Origin: Escherichia coli | Lineage (GTDB): Bacteria > Pseudomonadota > Gammaproteobacteria > Enterobacterales > Enterobacteriaceae | Strand: one strand, 5' to 3' | Assembly (NCBI RefSeq): GCF_003334785.1 | Contig: NZ_QOWV01000042.1 | Length of the DNA: 5,682 nucleotides | Part shown: piece by piece, positions 1 through 5,100 of the stretch | Position numbering within the stretch: the stretch's first letter is position 1 | How the letters are laid out: each line of letters opens with the position of its first letter | Notes under the pieces: model-generated | Database searches by the model: none | Told to the model about the DNA's origin: nothing | The model's input: only the letters and a program-made list of their open reading frames with translations | Made by a program: the position numbers and the translations under genes

Positions 1-73
1 GGTCATCGCCGAAACTGACGGTTTTCAGACTCTTGATCTCATCGTCCAGATAGCGGTTCAGCTCGAGGTGTTC
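1..73. repeat. One unit (missing its first 2 nt) of the 75-bp coding tandem repeat; the array continues beyond the left edge.
   Basis: ggtcatcgccgaaactgacggttttcagactcttgatctcatcgtccagatagcggttcagctcgaggtgttc differs at 2 of 73 positions from 5163..5235. Bases 74..~130 look like a degenerate further unit. Confidence 0.9.
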
Positions 74-229
74 ATAATCTTCACTGACGCTAAAACTCTT
101 AACATTTTGTAGCATCTTATATTCGTACTTCAGCTTCTCTATTAACTCATTACTTAAATCATCAAGAGCATCATGGTCATATTTCGATGACATCAGATGC
201 GATTTTTTAATCATAAATCTGCCATCCAT
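1..229 (-). CDS. Acidic 25-aa tandem-repeat protein, paralogue A. The start codon is inside the window and the 3' end runs off the left edge (76 codons visible).
   Basis: AGGAG at 240..236, a 6-nt spacer, then ATG at 229..227. This lies 13 nt downstream of the stop (245..243) of the PIN-like ORF on the same strand. Hand translation: MDGRFMIKKSHLMSSKYDHDALDDLSNELIEKLKYEYKMLQNVKSFSVSEDYEHLELNRYLDDEIKSLKTVSFGDD..., with no stop before the window edge. Bases 1..73 are one unit of the 75-bp repeat seen at 5101..5640. The ORF is absent from the ORF track, presumably because it is truncated by the edge. Confidence 0.65.
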   Translation of the reverse strand, partial: MDGRFMIKKSHLMSSKYDHDALDDLSNELIEKLKYEYKMLQNVKSFSVSEDYEHLELNRYLDDEIKSLKTVSFGDD

Positions 230-242
230 ATGATACTCCTTC

Positions 243-1493
243 TTACTCTGTTATTGATGAAAGGATTGAGCTCATCTTCTGAATAGAAGATAACTTTCCT
301 TTCATTAGAAGTCTAATTTTAGCCATTATCTCAGGATCTGTCGCAGATTCTAGCTTTTTAGATAGACCAGCAATTTCTGCCTTTTCTCTTTTTATTCTGT
401 TTTCTAGGAGTGCTCGGTGTTCACTGTTGCTTGTGTTACTTCCAGCTCCATACCCATTCCCTGTTGAAATGTTGAGGTTTTCGGTGTTTATTTTAAGATC
501 GAATGCGTTGTTTATATTTAAGATTAGTTCTTTTGTGTTTATTACATCAAAAAATTGAACGCTTGAGTTATTTAGCATTTCCTCTCTTAATATAGCGTGA
601 ACGCCTTTGTTTTCTCTATTTTCTTTATCTCTACCAACTTTAAATATGAAGTCATCTTTTGCATCATTAGTGATTAGGAAAACGTTTTTCGCACCTGTTG
701 ATGCGGCATGCTCTAGAGTTTCTTTCCATATGTAGAAATCACCATAAGCTCTTTGATAAGTAATGCCGTCATAAGAGAATATATTGTCTGGCTTTCCTAC
801 CTTGTCTGCGTCACAGAATCCAGGGGGCGTTTTTAATTCATACCTTGATTTACATTCAGCATCTAATCCATTAATGTATTCTTGGTCCTTTTTTACGCCT
901 ATTTTTCCAGAGAATATGTTGTCAATCCATTCTCTATGTATGTCTTTTGTATTTAACTCATCAATTGATTCATTGAGTTTTCCATACATATCCTCTAGTC
1001 CTGAGTTTAATAAATCAATGGATTTTTTTATTAACTCAGATACTTGTCTGTTTAGCCCTTCGTAATGCCTTGCTTTGGAGTTGTTGCATTTTTCTAATAG
1101 TTTTGATGAATAAGATAATAAATCAACAACAGGAGATGTTGTTGTTGATATCAAGTGTTTCTGATCGTCGATAACCCCTAATCTTCTTCTCTGATACTCC
1201 AACGCAGTAAAATAAGGGAGATATATATTTTCTCTTATCTGTTCTATTGATTTCTTTATCGCAGATATTGTTTCCTGGTTGTTTCTATATAGGTCTAATA
1301 TGACATTGGTGTCAAAAACAAATAATGTATCATCTGCCCTGTATATATCAGGATTGTCCTTTATGTTGCCTGTATAAAATCCTTTAAACATATCCCTCAT
1401 CGACATAAAAAAGCCCCTATTATTCATTTCTGTTTTGTTCTTTTCGTCAGTTGCTGACTCTTGTGTCAACATCAAAATCAATCGATCATGCAA
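243..1493 (-). CDS. PIN-like domain protein (putative metal-dependent nuclease, DUF4935-like pattern) with a C-terminal helical tail.
   Basis: This is the longest ORF in the window (416 codons). Motifs in order are FVFDTNVILDLY (D61), YLPYFTALEYQRRR (E99), PPGFCDADK, YGDFYIWKETLEHA (D252) and VFLITNDAKDDF (D277/D280/D281). These are followed by a low-complexity NISTGNGYGAGSNTSNS stretch and a roughly 55-aa Lys/Glu/Leu-rich tail. The true start is probably internal: ATG at 1406 (M30) has AGGGG at 1418..1414 with a 7-nt spacer, and ATG at 1427 (M23) is an alternative. The 1493 start lies only 9 nt from the RNAII -35 box and upstream of a perfect TTGACA at 1469..1464. Confidence 0.8.
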   Translation of the reverse strand: MHDRLILMLTQESATDEKNKTEMNNRGFFMSMRDMFKGFYTGNIKDNPDIYRADDTLFVFDTNVILDLYRNNQETISAIKKSIEQIRENIYLPYFTALEYQRRRLGVIDDQKHLISTTTSPVVDLLSYSSKLLEKCNNSKARHYEGLNRQVSELIKKSIDLLNSGLEDMYGKLNESIDELNTKDIHREWIDNIFSGKIGVKKDQEYINGLDAECKSRYELKTPPGFCDADKVGKPDNIFSYDGITYQRAYGDFYIWKETLEHAASTGAKNVFLITNDAKDDFIFKVGRDKENRENKGVHAILREEMLNNSSVQFFDVINTKELILNINNAFDLKINTENLNISTGNGYGAGSNTSNSEHRALLENRIKREKAEIAGLSKKLESATDPEIMAKIRLLMKGKLSSIQKMSSILSSITE

Positions 1494-1501
1494 ATGATCT
1501 C

Positions 1502-1530
1502 TTGAGATTCCTTTTTTCTACGCGTAATCT
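1502..1530 (+). promoter_or_regulatory. RNAII (primer) promoter.
   Basis: TTGAGA at 1502..1507, a 17-nt spacer, then TAATCT at 1525..1530. These are the same hexamers and spacing as the pBR322 RNAII promoter (TTGAGA-17-TAATCT). The expected start is near G1539. Confidence 0.7.
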
Positions 1531-1538
1531 TTCTTCCT

Positions 1539-1646
1539 GTAAACGAAAAAACCACCCTGGCAGGTGGTCTTTTCGAAGGTTAGATAATCCTGGCAGATTC
1601 TCTAACCGTGGTAACAGTCTTGTGCGAGACATGTCACCAAATCCGT
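1539..1646 (-). ncRNA. RNAI: RNAI antisense copy-number regulator (about 108 nt).
   Basis: The minus strand starts ACGGATTTGGT (pMB1: ACAGTATTTGGT), 6 nt after the TACACT -10 box. It ends in an ACCACC/GGTGGT hairpin (1551..1568) followed by a T6 run on the minus strand, at the same position as the pMB1 RNAI terminator. It is fully complementary to the RNAII 5' end. Confidence 0.75.
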
Positions 1647-1652
1647 CCTTTC

Positions 1653-1682
1653 AGTGTAGCCTCACTCAGGCCACCACTTCAA
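1653..1682 (-). promoter_or_regulatory. RNAI promoter.
   Basis: On the minus strand: TTGAAG (1682..1677), a 17-nt spacer, then TACACT (1658..1653). These hexamers are identical to the pBR322 RNAI promoter as I recall it. Confidence 0.65.
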
Positions 1683-2299
1683 GAACTCTCGATACATCTC
1701 TCGCACATCCTGTTTACCAGTGGCCGTTGCCAATGGCGATTAGTCGTGTCTTTTCGGGTTGGACTCAAGACGATAGTTACCGGATAAGGCGCAGCGGTCG
1801 GACTGAACGGGGGGTTCGTGCATACAGTCCAGCTTGGAGCGAACTGCCTACCCGGAACTGAGTGTCAGGCGTGGAATGAGAAACCGCGGCCATAACAGCG
1901 GAATGACACCGGTAAACCGAAAGGCAGGAACAGGAGAGCGCACGAGGGAGCCACCAGGGGGAAACGCCTGGTATCTTTATAGTCCTGTCGGGTTTCGCCA
2001 CCTCTGACTTGAGCGTCGATTTTTGTGATGCTCGTCAGGGGGGCGGAGCCTATGGAAAAAGCGCCTGCGGCGCGGCCTTTTTCGGGGTTTCCGTTTTTGC
2101 GCACATGTTCTTTCCCGGGTTATCCCCGGATTCTGTGGATAACTGTGTTACCGTTTTTGTGTGAGTCAGTACCGCTCGCCGCAGCCGAACGACCGAGCGT
2201 AGCGAGTCAGTGAGCGAGGAAGCGGAAGAGCGCCGGAAGCTACATTTTCTCCTTACGCATCTGTGCGGCATTTCACACCCGGCATGGTGCACTTTTCAT

Positions 2300-2400
2300 A
2301 CCATCCGCACTGATGCTGCATGAGTAAGCCAGTATACACTCCGCTATCGCTACGTGACTGGGTCATGGCTGCGCCCCGACACCCGCAAGGTCAACGGCCT
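2300..2400 (-). other. oriT: bom/oriT (basis of mobility) with the ColE1-type nic site.
   Basis: The minus strand reads ...gcgatagcggagtgtatactgg|cttactcatg. The ColE1/pBR322 nic motif CTGG/CTTA falls at 2332..2325, with the nic between 2329 and 2328. The flanking gtgactgggtcatggctgcgccccgacaccc is near-identical to the pBR322 bom region. Confidence 0.75.
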
Positions 2401-2477
2401 GACGCGCCCTGACGGGCTTGTCTGCTCCCGGCATCCGCTCACAGGCAAGCTGTGACCGTCTCCGGGAGCTGTATGTG

Positions 2478-2669
2478 TCAGAGGTTTTCACCGTCATCAC
2501 CGAAACGCGCGAGGCAGCTGCGGTAAAGCTCATCAGCGTGGTCGTGAAGCGATTCACAGATGTCTGCCTGTTCATCCGCGTCCAGTTCGTTGAGTTTCTC
2601 CAGCAGCGTTAATGTCTGGCTTCTGATAAAGCGGGCCATGTTAAGGGCGGTTTTTTCCTGTTTAGTCAC
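2478..2669 (-). CDS. rop: Rop/Rom RNA one modulator (copy-number control).
   Basis: The 63-aa product MTKQEKTALNMARFIRSQTLTLLEKLNELDADEQADICESLHDHADELYRSCLARFGDDGENL matches the pMB1/ColE1 Rop sequence as I remember it. It has a GTG start at 2669..2667 and GGAGG at 2679..2675 with a 5-nt spacer. Confidence 0.95.
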   Translation of the reverse strand: MTKQEKTALNMARFIRSQTLTLLEKLNELDADEQADICESLHDHADELYRSCLARFGDDGENL

Positions 2670-2710
2670 TGATGCCTCCGTGTAAGGGGGGATTTCTGTT
2701 CATGGGGGTA

Positions 2711-3058
2711 ATGATACCGATGAAACGCGAGAGGATGCTCACCATACGGGTTACTGATGATGAACATGCCCGGTTACTGGAACGCTGTGAGGGTAAACAA
2801 CTGGCGGTATGGATGCGGCGGGTCTGCCTGGGTGAGCCGGTTGCCCGTTCCGGGAAGCTGCCGACACTGGCACCGCCGTTACTGCGCCAGCTGGCTGCCA
2901 TCGGGAATAACCTGAATCAGACAGCGAGGAAGGTGAACAGCGGGCAGTGGTCTTCCGGCGACCGGGTTCAGGTGGTGGCCGCACTGATGGCCATCGAGAG
3001 AGAGTTGCGCAGCTTACGGCAGGTCGTCAGGGGACAGGGAGCGCGGGATGATAGTTAA
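2711..3058 (+). CDS. mbeC: MbeC/MobC-type relaxosome accessory protein (ribbon-helix-helix).
   Basis: MLTIRVTDDEHARLLERCEGKQLAVWMRRVCLGEPVARSGKLPTLAPPLLRQLAAIGNNLNQTARKVNSG... is ColE1/pMB1 MbeC, whose 5' part survives in pBR322 next to rop. The ORF is open from 2672. In-frame ATGs occur at 2672, 2702, 2711, 2720 and 2735, so the start is uncertain. I chose 2711 because it gives about 115 aa. The stop TAA at 3056..3058 overlaps the mbeA start. Confidence 0.85.
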   Translation: MIPMKRERMLTIRVTDDEHARLLERCEGKQLAVWMRRVCLGEPVARSGKLPTLAPPLLRQLAAIGNNLNQTARKVNSGQWSSGDRVQVVAALMAIERELRSLRQVVRGQGARDDS

Positions 3059-3425
3059 GTTTCATGCCAGGGGGAAAGGTGGTGGCAGTGGTCCGGTTGA
3101 TTACCTTCTGGGAAGGGAGCGTAACCGGGAAGGTGCAACGGTACTGCAGGGTAACCCGGAAGAAGTCCGGGAACTCATCGATGCCACGCCATTTGCGAAG
3201 AAATATACGTCCGGTGTTCTGTCGTTCGCGGAGAAGGAACTGCCGCCGGGAGGACGTGAAAAAGTTATGGCGAGCTTTGAGCGTGTACTGATGCCCGGTC
3301 TTGAAAAAAATCAGTACAGCATCCTGTGGGTGGAGCACCAGGACAAGGGACGGCTTGAGCTGAATTTTGTCATTCCGAACATGGAGCTACAGAGCGGAAA
3401 ACGCCTCCAGCCGTACTACGACCGG

Positions 3426-3477
3426 GCAGACAGGCCGAGAATTGATGCCTGGCAGACAGGCCGAGAATTGATGCCTG
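3426..3477. repeat. Perfect 2 x 26-bp tandem duplication inside mbeA.
   Basis: gcagacaggccgagaattgatgcctg occurs at 3426..3451 and again at 3452..3477. It is followed by gcagac (3478..3483), so the unit is bounded by 6-bp GCAGAC microhomology. Confidence 0.95.
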
Positions 3478-3761
3478 GCAGACGCTGGTTAATCACCATT
3501 ACGGGCTGCATGACCCCAACGCCCCGGAGAACCGCCGGATACTGACTCTCTCTGATAACCTGCCGGAAACGAAACAGGCGCTTGCAGAGAGCGTCACACG
3601 CGGGATAGACGCTCTTTATCATGTCGGGGAGATAAAAGGCCGTCAGGATGTGATTCAGGCGCTCACAGAGGCAGGGCTTGAAGTGGTCAGGGTGACGCGA
3701 AGCAGTATCAGCATTGCAGACCCGAACGGTGGGAAGAATATCAGGCTGAAAGGAGCATTTT

Positions 3762-4292
3762 ATGAGCAATCTTTTACAGACGGGCGCGGAGTTCGAGAAA
3801 AAGCTGAAAGAGAGAGCCGAATCTACAGAGACAATGCTGAACGACGAGTTCAGGAAGCTCGAAGAATCTGTAAACAGGGAGCTGACCTCAAACGAATCTT
3901 TAATCAGGAACGCTATCAACGACCATACAGCAGCCCTGAAAGAACTTCTGGAGAGGTATCAGAAAACGACCGTCAGCACGATGGACACACACTGGCAAAC
4001 CGTGCTGAAAATGAGCGTGAAACGCTGGCTGTGGCTGATTATCGTCTCAGTACTGATGTTTGCCACGACCGGGAGTCTGCTGTGGTACCAGGGCATGAAG
4101 ATAAACGAGAATATGAATATTCTCCGCGAGCAGAAAGAGAGTCTGGAGAAGCTGAACGCGAAGACATGGGGCGTGCGTTATCACGAGGACAGCAACGGAC
4201 GTTTTCTGGTGTTGCCGAAGGGGATGAAAGCCGAAACGAACTGGACGAAGGACAACGGCAAACTGAACGCAGTGAGACTGGTGCAGGAGTGA
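3762..4292 (+). CDS. mbeB: MbeB mobilisation protein, nested out of frame within mbeA.
   Basis: A 176-aa ORF with AGGAG at 3751..3755 and a 6-nt spacer before the ATG. It has one hydrophobic segment (WLWLIIVSVLMFATTGSLLWY). Its position and size match ColE1 mbeB. Confidence 0.8.
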   Translation: MSNLLQTGAEFEKKLKERAESTETMLNDEFRKLEESVNRELTSNESLIRNAINDHTAALKELLERYQKTTVSTMDTHWQTVLKMSVKRWLWLIIVSVLMFATTGSLLWYQGMKINENMNILREQKESLEKLNAKTWGVRYHEDSNGRFLVLPKGMKAETNWTKDNGKLNAVRLVQE

Positions 4293-4298
4293 CAGAGC

Positions 4299-4532
4299 AT
4301 GACGGAGCTGGAAAGACATTTGCTGAACGCCTTAGAGCAACTGCAACAGGACTATATGCAGCGGCTGAACGAATGGGAGAGCGCCTTCGTGGAATTGCAG
4401 AAAATGTTTTCGCTTACGCAACGGGACAACGCGATGCTGAACGAGCGGGTCATGCAGTTGAGTCAGCAGGTGCAGCACTTGAGCGAGCGGACAGAACGCT
4501 TGAGCCAGTTATACAGCGAGAACAGGAGATAA
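4299..4532 (+). CDS. mbeD: MbeD mobilisation/entry-exclusion-associated protein, nested within mbeA.
   Basis: A 77-aa ORF starting 7 nt after mbeB, with AGGAG at 4285..4289. It is helical and heptad-rich (LLNALEQLQQDYMQRLNEWESAFVELQ). Its position matches ColE1 mbeD. Confidence 0.8.
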   Translation: MTELERHLLNALEQLQQDYMQRLNEWESAFVELQKMFSLTQRDNAMLNERVMQLSQQVQHLSERTERLSQLYSENRR

Positions 4533-4562
4533 GGGACGAACGGCTGATACAGGAGCGCGAAC

Positions 4563-4760
4563 ATGCGTTATCCCTGGAGCGTGAGCGCCAGCCGGAAATA
4601 CAGGAACGCACACTGGATGGCCCTTCGCTGGGATGGTAATCAGAGACAGGCTAAAATGTTGTCAGCGCGTTTCCGGTGCATTTTTTGGGATAATGGTTGG
4701 TTCGGGGGCACCGGGAACGCGCTTCAGTCAGACCTTGCTGAAAACACAGGAACGCGTTAA
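4563..4760 (+). CDS. Small Trp/Arg-rich ORF overlapping the mbeA 3' end (possible mbeE-like ORF; not recognised).
   Basis: AGGAG at 4551..4555 with a 7-nt spacer before ATG 4563 is a good ribosome-binding site. The 65-aa product has no motif I recognise. ColE1 is described as having a fifth small mbe ORF, but I cannot verify correspondence. Confidence 0.25.
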   Translation: MRYPWSVSASRKYRNAHWMALRWDGNQRQAKMLSARFRCIFWDNGWFGGTGNALQSDLAENTGTR

Positions 4761-4849
4761 AACGCATACGGGCGCGATTCTGGTGTATCTTTTGTTGCTG
4801 TGTTTTGCCGTTATTGCCAGATCGCGCTCATTCCCCTGAATTTCTGTTT

Positions 4850-5086
4850 TTCCGCTCCGGTTCCGTCTTCTGCCTTTCCGAAAGTATGAAAAAAATCCGT
4901 TTCAGCAGTCTCTGGCTGGAAATTCCTGCGTGATTCACATGGCTGCATAGCTATGCATGTGGTTAAAATTTACCGGGTGCGATCGCGGCAGTTTTTCGGG
5001 TGGTTTGTTGCCATTTTTACCTGTCTGCTGCCGTGATCGCACCGAACGCGTTTCAGTGGTGCGTACAATGGGATGTTATGGTAAAT
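4850..5086 (+). other. cer: cer-type multimer resolution site (accessory sequences plus XerC/XerD core).
   Basis: The core at 5058..5086 is GGTGCGTACAA-tgggatg-TTATGGTAAAT. Both 11-bp arms are identical to ColE1 cer as I recall it. A 14-bp perfect palindrome TGCATAGCTATGCA (4944..4957) lies about 100 bp upstream, where the cer ArgR box sits. The left boundary is approximate. Confidence 0.75.
4975..5060 (+). ncRNA. rcd: Possible Rcd-like checkpoint RNA encoded inside cer.
   Basis: A -10-like TAAAAT lies at 4964..4969. A long stem pairs gcgatcgcggcag (4979..4991) with ctgccgtgatcgc (5028..5040), 12 Watson-Crick pairs plus one G-U. The segment resembles the ColE1 cer/Rcd region from memory. Direction and ends are not established from this sequence. 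Confidence 0.3.
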
Positions 5087-5100
5087 GGCTCTCGCTAGTT

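Larger units (their letters stand above)
1502..2058 (+). other. oriV: ColE1-type (RNAII-primed, theta) origin of vegetative replication.
   Basis: The region aligns by eye with pMB1/p15A ori from cttgagattccttttttctacgcgtaatct through cctatggaaaaagcg (2049..2063). That end corresponds to the pMB1 RNA/DNA switch region CCTATGGAAAAACG. The block ggactgaacggggggttcgtgcatacagtccagcttggagcgaactgcctacccggaactgagtgtcaggcgtggaatgaga matches p15A as I remember it. Confidence 0.85.
1539..2058 (+). ncRNA. RNAII: RNAII replication primer precursor.
   Basis: The 5' end gtaaacgaaaaaaccaccc aligns with pMB1 GCAAACAAAAAAACCACCGC. The 3' processing point is inferred from the conserved ctatggaaaaa motif. Both ends are approximate, to within a few nt. 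Confidence 0.75.
3048..4639 (+). pseudogene. mbeA: MbeA (MOBQ/HEN-type relaxase) interrupted by a +26 nt frameshift.
   Basis: The N-terminal piece (3048..3545) begins MIVKFHARGKGGGSGPVDYLLGRERNREG... and contains WVEHQDKGRLELNFVIPN, as in ColE1 MbeA. After the duplicated 26-mer the authentic reading continues in the +2 frame: TLVNHHYGLHDPNAPENRRILTLSDNLPETKQALAES...GRQDVIQALTEAGLEVVRV... This runs into the track ORF 3650..4639, which ends ...LDGPSLGW. Removing one 26-mer restores a single ORF of about 521 codons. Confidence 0.85.

Noticed and set aside
784-1065. A 93-aa + strand ORF inside the PIN-like gene.
   Set aside because: It is antisense to a much longer ORF that has recognisable motifs. 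It has a low-complexity Ser/Phe-rich product and no ribosome-binding site.
1451-2612. Track ORFs 1451..1861 (+), 1777..2001 (-), 1865..2104 (-), 2025..2213 (+), 2050..2292 (-), 2363..2575 (-) and 2418..2612 (+).
   Set aside because: All lie within the RNAII/RNAI origin, the bom/oriT region, or antisense to rop. These regions are conserved as non-coding (or rop-coding) DNA in pMB1/p15A relatives. The products are Arg/Pro/Ser-rich, typical of spurious ORFs in GC-rich DNA.
1500-2760. Possible cloning-vector contamination, given near-identity to the pBR322 ori/bom/rop segment.
   Set aside because: The window also carries full mbeC, mbeA, mbeB and mbeD, a cer site and a divergent RNAI region. pBR322/pUC-type vectors lack these, and no bla, tet or lacZ fragments are present. 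A natural ColE1-family plasmid is the better explanation.
2662-4319. Minus-strand ORFs 2662..2901, 2751..2984, 3027..3338, 3416..3919 and 4047..4319, and + ORF 3064..3291.
   Set aside because: They are antisense or out of frame relative to the well-recognised mbeC/mbeA/mbeB/mbeD genes. None has a recognisable motif or convincing ribosome-binding site.
3650-4639. A 329-aa ORF that could be called as an independent gene.
   Set aside because: It is the C-terminal part of mbeA. Its frame stays open upstream of the listed ATG back to the 26-bp duplication, and it matches ColE1 MbeA continuously once one repeat copy is removed.
4772-4827. An imperfect inverted repeat, gcgcgattctgg ... ccagatcgcgc, as a possible terminator of the mbe operon.
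   Set aside because: The stem has a bulge and a loop of about 33 nt. The nearest T-run (ctgttttt) is about 20 nt downstream, which does not fit an intrinsic terminator.
4633-4839. A 68-aa ORF with a hydrophobic C-terminal segment (GAILVYLLLLCFAVIA), possibly a small membrane or exclusion protein.
   Set aside because: No SD precedes the ATG (ctgggATG), it overlaps the mbeA stop, and I do not recognise the product. It cannot be supported from sequence alone.
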